A DNA stretch of 64,000 nucleotides from Ignavibacteriales bacterium (GTDB lineage Bacteria; Bacteroidota; Ignavibacteria; T3Sed10-11), in assembly GCA_003567775.1 (NCBI GenBank), contig PWYR01000014.1, forward strand, positions 2,136 to 66,135, written 5' to 3'. The stretch's first letter is position 1; the number at the start of each line of letters is the position of its first letter. Of the stretch, positions 30,583 to 39,347 are shown one piece after another. Both the position numbers and the translations under genes were made by a program. Below the pieces are notes generated by a model that did no database searches, was not told where the DNA came from, and saw nothing but the letters and a program-made list of their open reading frames with translations.

Positions 30583-31209
30583 GTGAATATTAGTAAGTTG
30601 ACCGGAACATACTTTGGAATTGTTTTACTGTGTACGATTATATTACCGGGGACACTTAGTGCACAAAAAGAACTTAGATCAAATACTGAATTGTTGCACC
30701 AGGTTATCGAGAAAAGCATCGATCAACTTACCGGCGTGTTGCCGGAAAACGCGCACGTTACAGTAATTGTGAAGTTTCCCGAATATGAATGGTTCATTCA
30801 TCACCGTGTTGTCGATGTATTAACAGAATCAGGTTTTTCTATAGCCGGGATCCGCGAAGATGAAACCAGCGATTATTATACTCTGGAGGTCGGTGTCGAA
30901 CGCTTTGGTGTGACCTATAGCAATGCGAAGCGGCAATCGTTGTTCGGATCCCGGGTGATGACCAGGCAGGTACATGGAATCTTTTCATTTCGTATTAACG
31001 GAGGTGAAAAAGAGCGGGTTCTAAGAATTTCCGAAAGTGTTACCGATGTGATACCGTATGGTAAACAGGAGGATGTGGAAAATAGGGCGCTTCCGTTTAC
31101 GCAAGCCGATCTACCCGGAGGTTCGTTGACCGAGCGCTATCTCGGGCCGGCCGTCATTATTGCCGCGACCGGCATTGTTGTATACTTGTTTTTCTCGGTC
31201 CGTAGTTAA
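30583..31209 (+). CDS. hypothetical membrane-anchored/secreted protein
   Basis: GTG start. Signal-like N-terminus (GIVLLCTIILPGTLSAQ) and a C-terminal hydrophobic segment. No recognised family. Confidence 0.35.
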   Translation: MNISKLTGTYFGIVLLCTIILPGTLSAQKELRSNTELLHQVIEKSIDQLTGVLPENAHVTVIVKFPEYEWFIHHRVVDVLTESGFSIAGIREDETSDYYTLEVGVERFGVTYSNAKRQSLFGSRVMTRQVHGIFSFRINGGEKERVLRISESVTDVIPYGKQEDVENRALPFTQADLPGGSLTERYLGPAVIIAATGIVVYLFFSVRS

Positions 31210-31221
31210 CTGAAAATATAA

Positions 31222-32094
31222 ATGATTGAAAATAGGATTTGTATGAAGCAGCGGATTGTTTTGTTTATTAAATTAGCAGGGGTTTTATCGTTGATAATTC
31301 TTTTTATTGCGGGATGCGGCAGGCGCGAAGTTACGGTTGATTTATCTGCCGAAGAACGGTTCCAGCGTGGAATGCGGCAGTATGAAGAGGAAAACTACGT
31401 CAGGGCAATTGATGAATTTCGAATAGTAACGCGCCAGTTCGCCGGAAGCGATTTTGCTGATGATGCGCAGTACTATATGGCACTGTCCTATTTCAATCGC
31501 GGCGAATATATTCTCTCGGCAAACGAGTTTGAGACGCTGGTCAATACTATGAGCGCCAGCCCGCTTGTTGCCGAAGCGCAATATAAACTGGCTTTATCTT
31601 ATTTCAATTTGTCTCCGAGATACGATCTCGATCAGGAATATACATTTAAAGCGATAGACGAGTTGCAGGCCTTTATCGATTTTTTCCCCACACATGAATT
31701 GGTGCCTGATGCTGAGCGAAAAATTCATGAACTAAACGAGAAATTAGCCCGCAAGCAGTACGAAAATGCTAAGTTGTATATGCGCATACGATACTACAGG
31801 GCGGCTATTCGTTATTTTGACGTTGTTATAGAACGGTTTCATGATACTCAATATGTCGAACTTGCTTATATAGGCAAAGTAGAGGCATTTATGGAACGCA
31901 ATATGTATGATGAAGCAAACGAAACGCTTCAACGGTTTCTTCGGCAGTTTCCAAACAGCGATCACCGATCGCGCGCACGAACACTTGAACGCCGCATCGT
32001 GTCGGCGCTGAGCGACGAAGAGACCGATCACGATAACGGACCTTCCGCCGGGCAAACCGGCAACAATGAACGATCCGAAGGAGATCGGTTTTGA
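31222..32094 (+). CDS. bamD: outer membrane protein assembly factor BamD-like TPR lipoprotein
   Basis: Lipobox IAGC. TPR-like repeats with the BamD-type pattern (AIDEFRIVTRQF...AQYYMALSYFNRGEY...AQYKLALSYFN...AKLYMRIRYYRAAIRYFDVVIERF). Confidence 0.65.
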   Translation: MIENRICMKQRIVLFIKLAGVLSLIILFIAGCGRREVTVDLSAEERFQRGMRQYEEENYVRAIDEFRIVTRQFAGSDFADDAQYYMALSYFNRGEYILSANEFETLVNTMSASPLVAEAQYKLALSYFNLSPRYDLDQEYTFKAIDELQAFIDFFPTHELVPDAERKIHELNEKLARKQYENAKLYMRIRYYRAAIRYFDVVIERFHDTQYVELAYIGKVEAFMERNMYDEANETLQRFLRQFPNSDHRSRARTLERRIVSALSDEETDHDNGPSAGQTGNNERSEGDRF

Positions 32095-32576
32095 AGCACG
32101 ATAATCGTACTCCAAAAGATTCACAGGTCGAGATGACCGAGATGGTGTTGCCGAACGATACCAACACGCTTGGAAATATGCTCGGGGGTAAGCTGATGCA
32201 TCTGATCGATATTGCCGCGGCAATAGCGGGTGCGCGCCACTCAAATAAGGTTGCAGTCACGGCGTCAGTCGATGAGCTTAATTTTCTGCATCCGATCAAG
32301 CTCGGCGAAGTGGTTATACTTCGGGCATCGGTAAATAGGGTATTTAATACATCCATGGAGATCGGAGTGAAAGTGTTTTCCCAGAACCTACGTACCGGAG
32401 AATTAATCCATGCCAACAGTGCATATCTGACGTTCGTAGCGCTTGATGATAATGGTAAGCCGGCCCGCATTGCTCCGATCCATCCCGGAGATGAGGAAGA
32501 AATGCGACGCTATCGTGAAGCGCTTGAACGAAGAGAACGCCGTTTGCAGCATCGCAAACATCAAAAAAAAGCGTGA
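32091..32576 (+). CDS. acyl-CoA thioesterase (hotdog fold, YciA/BFIT-like)
   Basis: VLPNDTNTLGNMLGGKLMHLIDIAAAIAGARHS...ASVDELNFLHPIKLGEVV matches the 4HBT/acyl-CoA hydrolase signature. Confidence 0.75.
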   Translation: MKHDNRTPKDSQVEMTEMVLPNDTNTLGNMLGGKLMHLIDIAAAIAGARHSNKVAVTASVDELNFLHPIKLGEVVILRASVNRVFNTSMEIGVKVFSQNLRTGELIHANSAYLTFVALDDNGKPARIAPIHPGDEEEMRRYREALERRERRLQHRKHQKKA

Positions 32577-32579
32577 CCA

Positions 32580-34778
32580 ATGTCGGGTAAAGGGGCTCTT
32601 ATACAATATCAAAGAGTTATTGTATGCTACCTGCTCATCACGGCGGGTGTAATCATACCCGCACGTATCAATGGTGAATTTATCAAGAACGTTCCCGTCG
32701 GTCCGATTGACTTTATCCCTCTCGAATACAAACCGAGCAGTATGTTTACCGCACATCTCTCGGAGCGTAACGTTCAGGATCTAATTGTGACATATACATT
32801 GCCGGTTATGTCGATCTTCAGTGCTGAAGGTTCTGTAATCGTCGATCTTGATCATATTCCTGCTATGCTCGAACCGATGCGCAGTAAAGACAAAGCTGAC
32901 AACCTTGTCTTTGTACCTATACATAAAAGTGAAATTCAAGTTATTCGCTTTGACAAAGATGAAGCAAAATTCAAGAGAGTGTGGGAAAAGAAATTAGACA
33001 ATTCGCCGGTTTTACTCCGAACTGCTGATGTAACAAATAACGGGTATGACGATATTTTGTTGTTGTTGCAGAACACTGCCGGTGTCGGTTTTATACGCAA
33101 TAACGGCAACGGCGCCTTTGACGAAATTGAATTTCTATTCGATGAAATTCTTGTTTCTTTATTTCAAGTTGCAGATATCAACGGCGATGGTATTAATGAT
33201 TTTATTTTATTCGATCCGGTAAAGAATGCACTCCTGTTTCAATATGGATTCGGTGATATGGTCTTTTCACTCGGGGGTGTGCAAAATTTACCGGCGTCAA
33301 TTTCTTTTTTTCAAGCGATGCCGATTGTCGAGGATACAATTTACGATCTGTTGACGGTGTATCCAGAGACGACAGAATTCAGCGTATTTTTCGGCGACGG
33401 TCTTGGACGCTTCAGACATATACAGACGCACAAATTAACATCCGGTAAAAAAACATTTTTATTTACCGACCTGTTTGATAATGACCGCTCCGATATTGTA
33501 ATTACAGAACATAAAACCGGTATCCTTCGTTTATATCGTAACAACACGCTAAGGGGATACGAACCGGCGGGTGTTATACAACTCTCCACCGGTATCCGCG
33601 ATGTAATAACGAAAACTGATCCGCGATCCGGTGCAAGCGATCTATATATACTCGACGTTGCTAAAAACCGGTTGATTGTTCTCCGATTATTACCTTCGGT
33701 TGTCGACTTCTTGCCGCCAAAGCTTGCGCTTTCATCGGAAGTGACTGATTTGGTCACGGCAAACTTTTTAGAAGGACCAGGACCGGAATTGTTTGCTCTC
33801 TGTAAAGAGACTGCAACGATATCTATCTATTGGTATAATCACGCGTTGGAGTTGAATCACTCTATGATCTCCGTGCCGGGGAGTCCGGAGAATCTTTACG
33901 TAGCCCGCGGTCCGGAAAATAGAACAAAGCTCGTCGTATCCGATAAAATAACCGATGTTATCACAATCGTGTCGATGCAATGGGAGCGATTTGAATCGAA
34001 TATGTACGGCATACCCGTTATGAAATCGTCGGAGGTTATCTATCTTGGAGTAACGCCGGATGCACGGTTCAAAATCGGTGTGCTTTCATTTACCCCCGAT
34101 AACGACACACCAACGCTATCGCTGTTTGAACAGATTGCTATCGATGAATACATCGAGCACACTATCACGCCGATTCAGGAAGAGAGAATAATTGCACTTG
34201 ATGTAATTGATATTACCGGCAACAACGCGATTGATATTGTTTACATGTTCCGGACGGATGACGGACAACATGTGTATATTACGTCGGCGTTAAATGATTC
34301 GGAATATGTGTATCGCAGACAGGGTAATATCTTAGCTCTGGAAGATTCGACTTCGACCCGCGGTTTTATCATTTCCGAAAACACACCGGATAATCACCTG
34401 TCCTCGTTTATTATATATCTCGATGAAGATGGAGAAAAGAAGGGACGCATTTTCAGGGCTGCCGCCGACCGGAGCGGGTTGCTTTCATGGCTCAGCGCTC
34501 ATTCGAGTGGACCTATCATCCGATACCCGGATGAAATCGTATTATTACGTTCGCCAATAAGCTCATATAACGATCTTGTATATTACAATGCATTGACCGA
34601 ACATATTGAAGTGATGTACAGCAACGATGACGGAACATTGATGCCTGCAAAACCGATTAAAAAAGTTGATGACTTATCAGCATTCACTACCTATCACGAC
34701 CCGGTCGAAGATGCGCGCGTGCTGGTTATCGGTGGAAAGGGTAAACCATATATTGAGTTTTCACGTATCAATGAGTAA
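32580..34778 (+). CDS. hypothetical secreted protein with FG-GAP/VCBS-like beta-propeller repeats
   Basis: 732 aa. Repeated D-x-(N/D)-G-D/N motifs (TNNGYDDILLL, DINGDGINDFILFD, DNDRSDIVI, DITGNNAIDIV) typical of FG-GAP-like repeats. Confidence 0.45.
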   Translation: MSGKGALIQYQRVIVCYLLITAGVIIPARINGEFIKNVPVGPIDFIPLEYKPSSMFTAHLSERNVQDLIVTYTLPVMSIFSAEGSVIVDLDHIPAMLEPMRSKDKADNLVFVPIHKSEIQVIRFDKDEAKFKRVWEKKLDNSPVLLRTADVTNNGYDDILLLLQNTAGVGFIRNNGNGAFDEIEFLFDEILVSLFQVADINGDGINDFILFDPVKNALLFQYGFGDMVFSLGGVQNLPASISFFQAMPIVEDTIYDLLTVYPETTEFSVFFGDGLGRFRHIQTHKLTSGKKTFLFTDLFDNDRSDIVITEHKTGILRLYRNNTLRGYEPAGVIQLSTGIRDVITKTDPRSGASDLYILDVAKNRLIVLRLLPSVVDFLPPKLALSSEVTDLVTANFLEGPGPELFALCKETATISIYWYNHALELNHSMISVPGSPENLYVARGPENRTKLVVSDKITDVITIVSMQWERFESNMYGIPVMKSSEVIYLGVTPDARFKIGVLSFTPDNDTPTLSLFEQIAIDEYIEHTITPIQEERIIALDVIDITGNNAIDIVYMFRTDDGQHVYITSALNDSEYVYRRQGNILALEDSTSTRGFIISENTPDNHLSSFIIYLDEDGEKKGRIFRAAADRSGLLSWLSAHSSGPIIRYPDEIVLLRSPISSYNDLVYYNALTEHIEVMYSNDDGTLMPAKPIKKVDDLSAFTTYHDPVEDARVLVIGGKGKPYIEFSRINE

Positions 34779-36444
34779 GGTTATTACATATATTGCCATC
34801 ATATCGGTTTTGATTGGACATAGTTTGTACGCACAACACCGGTCTGATGAACATCGCCAGGATATTATTCAAATGTTAAACGAAGGAAAAAGCTTGCACG
34901 AAGTTCTTTCTCTCCATGAAAAATGTTTAACAGCGCCGATGATGGAATTAACGGCGCATTTTGATAAACTCCTTCCGTCAACACAAATGGAAGTGATTAG
35001 AATGTTTGCTCTACCGGTGATGGAGAATACTGTAGTTAGTCCGAACGAACTGTTTAAAATTCATTATGATACATCGGCTTCCAGCCCGCATACACCGCCG
35101 TTAATCGATGAAAGCGGCAATGGAATACCGGATTATATCGACTCGGTTGCCTCCGTCTTCGATCATGTATGGCATTATCAAATAGACAAGCTTGGCTACG
35201 ATATACCGTATATCGACGAGAGCGGATATTATCATGTGTATGTAGTTAATATGATTGTTCGATTCGGCAGGCAGTTTTACGGGGCAACCATACCTTATAA
35301 ATCGATTGACGATGAAGGGGAATTTTCTCCCCGATTTAAAACGTACATCTATATCGATCATAAATACGAAGGTTATCCAACATCCGGATTAAACGGCATG
35401 CGAGTTACCGCTGCTCATGAATTTCATCATGCCATTCAGTTCGGTGCGTATGGATACTCCGGCGCTTCCAACACGTTATTTTTCTATGAAATAACTTCAA
35501 CGTGGTTTGAAGACGTCGTATATCCGGAAATAAATGACTATTATTTTTATCTGCCGGTATTATTTAGAAGAAATATATACAATTATCCTTTTTATCATAG
35601 CCGATCGACAGATCTCCATATGTACGCCCGAGCAATATGGGGTCTAATGATGGAGCGGCGGTACGGCAGAGATATCATGCGCCAAAAGTGGGAATATATC
35701 AAGGAAATGCACCCGATCGATGCCATCGACCGGGCGCTGCGGGATTACGGCTCGACGCTTGAGCAGGACCTTGCCGAATTTAATCTCTGGAAATTTTATA
35801 CCGGATCACGAGCGCGTCCGGATAAATTTTTTATCGACGGCGCCGATTATCCGATGTTAACCGAGAAAACACCTGCGATTCAGCATATAGGTGAAACGAT
35901 GTTCAGAGATGTAGATGTGCAGACACAAACTATACACTATCATGCAATTATAACCGTGGAGCAGGATACGGTTTACTTTTTAGTATGCAATGTTGAAAAT
36001 AATGTCTCTGACAATGATGAAGGGTTTTATGAACTGACGGTTTTTTCTGAGCGGCGCCCGGATACCCTTCCGATCGGAAATGGGTTGTGGTACCGGCTGG
36101 AGTCCAACAACCCGTCGGTGTGGAAGATATTCCCCCTCTATATGGAATCGCCCGTTGCCGATGAACGGATATCGGTGTATCCGAATCCGTTCCGGACGGG
36201 ACAAGCGTCCTCAGTATCATTTGTGGTCGATACCGCGGAAGAAGTTGATCTCACAATATTCTCCAGCGATATGCGCCTGGTATTCGACGGTAATCTTACT
36301 CCCGATAGAACATTCGATCGTTCGGTTGTTCGGTGGAACGGGCGCGATAACAGGGATCGACAGGTTGCGAGCGGTGTTTACTTTTATGTGCTGCACTATA
36401 GCAATACCGTGGCGAAAGGAAAAGTAACCCTTATACGGGAATAA
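34771..36444 (+). CDS. T9SS C-terminal-sorting-domain protein with HExxH metalloprotease-like motif
   Basis: ATG 34771 overlaps the upstream stop by 8 nt. Signal peptide MSKVITYIAIISVLIGHSLYAQ. TAAHEFHHAIQFG HExxH motif. C-terminal ~80 aa match the T9SS sorting-domain pattern (VYPNPF...GVYFYVLHY...KGKVTLIRE). Confidence 0.6.
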   Translation: MSKVITYIAIISVLIGHSLYAQHRSDEHRQDIIQMLNEGKSLHEVLSLHEKCLTAPMMELTAHFDKLLPSTQMEVIRMFALPVMENTVVSPNELFKIHYDTSASSPHTPPLIDESGNGIPDYIDSVASVFDHVWHYQIDKLGYDIPYIDESGYYHVYVVNMIVRFGRQFYGATIPYKSIDDEGEFSPRFKTYIYIDHKYEGYPTSGLNGMRVTAAHEFHHAIQFGAYGYSGASNTLFFYEITSTWFEDVVYPEINDYYFYLPVLFRRNIYNYPFYHSRSTDLHMYARAIWGLMMERRYGRDIMRQKWEYIKEMHPIDAIDRALRDYGSTLEQDLAEFNLWKFYTGSRARPDKFFIDGADYPMLTEKTPAIQHIGETMFRDVDVQTQTIHYHAIITVEQDTVYFLVCNVENNVSDNDEGFYELTVFSERRPDTLPIGNGLWYRLESNNPSVWKIFPLYMESPVADERISVYPNPFRTGQASSVSFVVDTAEEVDLTIFSSDMRLVFDGNLTPDRTFDRSVVRWNGRDNRDRQVASGVYFYVLHYSNTVAKGKVTLIRE

Positions 36445-37128
36445 ATGAATTCAATTTTATTACAGCTCGAGAACGTACGCAAAGAATTTTCACGGCGCAT
36501 TATATTCGATAAGATCGATCTTACGTTGAAGAACGGGAATTCGATCGCAATTACCGGCATTAACGGTTCGGGAAAATCGACGCTTGTTAAGATTGTCGCT
36601 GGCATATTATCGCCGACGCGTGGTGCGTTAACATTGTCGGTAAACGGTAAAGAGATGAAGCCCGAACAATATCATAACTACATCGGATTTGTTGCGCCGT
36701 ACATTCAAATGTATGATGAATTTTCCGCGTATGAGAATTTGAAATTTTTTGCACGCATCCGCGGGCTGAGATTCGATAAGAAATATGTAGATTATATGCT
36801 CGACCGTGTAGTTTTATACGACCGCCGCAACGATGCGGTTCGCACCTATTCCAGCGGCATGAAACAACGGCTTAAATATGCTTTTGCGTTATTGCATAAA
36901 CCGGAGGTGCTGATATTTGACGAACCACGCGCTAATCTCGACAGGCATGGCGTTGCGACGGTGTGTGAAATAATGGAGGAACATAAACCGGACGGTGTTC
37001 TTATACTGGCAACCAATGATCAGGAAGATCTTTCGTATGCGGAAACAGTGCTGAATCTGGATGAGCTGCGGAAGGCGAGGATTGAAGAGAGGCAAAAACA
37101 AAATAGTGTAACGGCAAAATTAACCTAA
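36445..37128 (+). CDS. ccmA: heme exporter ATP-binding protein CcmA
   Basis: Short ABC ATPase (227 aa) with GINGSGKST Walker A, immediately followed by ccmB/C/E/F. Confidence 0.75.
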   Translation: MNSILLQLENVRKEFSRRIIFDKIDLTLKNGNSIAITGINGSGKSTLVKIVAGILSPTRGALTLSVNGKEMKPEQYHNYIGFVAPYIQMYDEFSAYENLKFFARIRGLRFDKKYVDYMLDRVVLYDRRNDAVRTYSSGMKQRLKYAFALLHKPEVLIFDEPRANLDRHGVATVCEIMEEHKPDGVLILATNDQEDLSYAETVLNLDELRKARIEERQKQNSVTAKLT

Positions 37129-37132
37129 TATA

Positions 37133-37798
37133 ATGATCCAACAAACGACGGCGGTATTTCTTAAAGATTTCCAGTCTGAGCTGCGGACGCGATATGCAAT
37201 CAATGCACTCGTAATGTTCGTAATCACGACGTTATCGATTATACTTTTTTCGATAGGAGGTGAACGTGTTTCGCTCGATGTACTTGCCGGAATGCTCTGG
37301 GTTGTCATATTCTTTTCGGCAATGTCCGGGTTATCAAGATCGTTTGTCAGCGAGGAAGAGCGTGGCACAACGATGACGCTTCAGTTGCTGGCGCAACCGG
37401 CAGTTGTGTATTTCGGAAAATTGCTTTTCAATCTGGTTCTCATTCTTTCGATAAATACACTTGTTGTGACATTGTATGTACTGCTCATTCCGTTATTTGT
37501 TGTACAGTCGGCGAGCATCTTTTTCCTGACGCTCTTTCTCGGCAGCGTCGGATTGGCGTGTGCATCGACGATAATTGCAGCAATTATTGCAAAGGCAAAC
37601 TCCAAAGGAACGCTTTATCCGGTGCTTTCGTTTCCCATATTGTTACCGCTTTTAATGACGGTTATGAATGCAACCAAATTATCGCTCGACGGCGCCCCTT
37701 TTACCGAAGCGACCGGAGAATTCAGAGTGCTAATTTCTTATTCAGTCGTTTTGGTTGCAGTTTCCTGGGTTTTATTTGATTACGTATGGAAGGATTGA
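37133..37798 (+). CDS. ccmB: heme exporter protein CcmB
   Basis: 221 aa, 6-TM. N-terminus FLKDFQSELRTRYAINALVMF, typical of CcmB. Operon context. Confidence 0.8.
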   Translation: MIQQTTAVFLKDFQSELRTRYAINALVMFVITTLSIILFSIGGERVSLDVLAGMLWVVIFFSAMSGLSRSFVSEEERGTTMTLQLLAQPAVVYFGKLLFNLVLILSINTLVVTLYVLLIPLFVVQSASIFFLTLFLGSVGLACASTIIAAIIAKANSKGTLYPVLSFPILLPLLMTVMNATKLSLDGAPFTEATGEFRVLISYSVVLVAVSWVLFDYVWKD

Positions 37799-37986
37799 TT
37801 ATATTGCCTAATTGCTAAGGTTTTCTTATTTTTAAAATATTTGCGGACTCTGAGTTCCGATTATTGAGATTGTAAAAAATGAATTTTTTAAAAAGTTCCC
37901 ATAAAAAGCAGATTTTCTTCACAAAAATCTGGCACAGCGTTTGATAGCATGTATGTTGTAAAATTCAACATAGGAGAAAACGGGTT

Positions 37987-38700
37987 TTGAAATATAAGTT
38001 CTGGAAGATTTTACTGGGTATCTGGTTGGCGTTAGTGATAATTGTCGGGTTTTCTTTTGATATAGTTGATTCACCGCAAAATTGGAATGAATTCCCTAAT
38101 ATCCCGGGACTCGAGAACAAAGCCCGAATTATTTTTTTCCATGTTCCGACTGCGTGGATCGCAGTCATAGCATTTTTAATGGCAATGGTTAACGGAATTC
38201 GATACCTGCAGAAAAACGACCTCGAGTATGATGTACGCTCTTCTTCCGCCGCCGGTCTCGGATTGATATTTTGTATTCTTGCTACGGTCACCGGCGCCAT
38301 TTGGGCGAAGTTTAACTGGGGTGCGTACTGGAACTGGGATCCCCGGCAGACAAGCATATTTGTACTTATGTTGATTTACGGCGCTTACTTTGCCCTGCGC
38401 TCGGCGATCGAAGTAGACGAAAAACGGGCAAGTTTATCGGCAGTGTATGCAATTATCGCCTTTGTTACTGTTCCGTTTTTCGTATTTATTATGCCGAGAA
38501 TGATGAGCGGTCTACATCCCGGATCGGCAAGCGACGAGGGTGCAGGTCCGGTTGTCGATTTTAGTATGGATACGACAATGTATATAGTTTTTTTAGCATC
38601 CTTGTTTGGCTTTACGTTGTTATATTTATGGATATATGAGCTGAGAGTCCGGTTAGGTATGATAGAGCTACGGTATGAATCACTTCGTTCACATGAATAG
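37987..38700 (+). CDS. ccmC: heme exporter protein CcmC
   Basis: TTG start with AGGAG SD. Trp-rich WWD motif WGAYWNWDPRQT and conserved His residues. Confidence 0.85.
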   Translation: MKYKFWKILLGIWLALVIIVGFSFDIVDSPQNWNEFPNIPGLENKARIIFFHVPTAWIAVIAFLMAMVNGIRYLQKNDLEYDVRSSSAAGLGLIFCILATVTGAIWAKFNWGAYWNWDPRQTSIFVLMLIYGAYFALRSAIEVDEKRASLSAVYAIIAFVTVPFFVFIMPRMMSGLHPGSASDEGAGPVVDFSMDTTMYIVFLASLFGFTLLYLWIYELRVRLGMIELRYESLRSHE

Positions 38701-38710
38701 GAGATATTGA

Positions 38711-38851
38711 TTGGAATCACTGTACGATTTTCTCGATAAGCACGATATCTATATTGTATTGCTTGTTGTGCTTGTGATCTGGTTGTTGTTATATTTTTAT
38801 TTGTTCCGGCTTGATAAGAAAATAAGGAAAATTGAAGAGACAGGTGAGTGA
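38711..38851 (+). CDS. ccmD: CcmD-like small membrane protein (not in ORF track, below the length cutoff)
   Basis: 46-aa ORF with TTG start 6 nt after AGGAGA. One TM (IYIVLLVVLVIWLLLYFYLF) then a charged tail. Located between ccmC and ccmE, exactly where ccmD lies in System I operons. Confidence 0.45.
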   Translation: MESLYDFLDKHDIYIVLLVVLVIWLLLYFYLFRLDKKIRKIEETGE

Positions 38852-38895
38852 ATTATTTTAGAATTTTATAACTAACAACATAAAGGAGTGTCGGT

Positions 38896-39306
38896 ATGAA
38901 CACAAAAACAATCGTGGCGGGCGTCATTATAGTAATATTTCTCATTTTCGGAGCGTGGTCGTTTCTTGAAAGTAATGTGGAATATACCGATTTCCAGTCG
39001 GCGTATGAGACGGGACGCACCGTGCAGGTAGAAGGCACCTGGGTGGAAGAAAAGGGCGAGCGGTATAATGCGGATCTTAACGAGTTTACTTTTTATATGG
39101 CTGATAAGAATGGCCAGGTAGTTCGTGTTGTGCTCGAAGGTCCCCGTCCGAATAATTTTGAAATTGCTACCAGTGTCGTCGCGCGCGGCCGTTTTGCAGC
39201 GGAAGATGAATTTCGCTCAACGAACGTGTTGACCAAATGCCCCTCAAAGTATGAAGGTTCTGCTGAAGAAATGATGGGTGCATCGGACAAACAGTATTAT
39301 GAATAG
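38896..39306 (+). CDS. ccmE: cytochrome c-type biogenesis heme chaperone CcmE, variant with CxxxY instead of HxxxY
   Basis: 136 aa. N-terminal TM, OB-fold region. C-terminal VLTKCPSKYEG aligns with E. coli VLAKHDENYTP, so Cys replaces the heme-binding His. Confidence 0.8.
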   Translation: MNTKTIVAGVIIVIFLIFGAWSFLESNVEYTDFQSAYETGRTVQVEGTWVEEKGERYNADLNEFTFYMADKNGQVVRVVLEGPRPNNFEIATSVVARGRFAAEDEFRSTNVLTKCPSKYEGSAEEMMGASDKQYYE

Positions 39307-39347
39307 TATGTGTACCTGTAAAGGGTGCTTATAATCAAGGAGGATAA

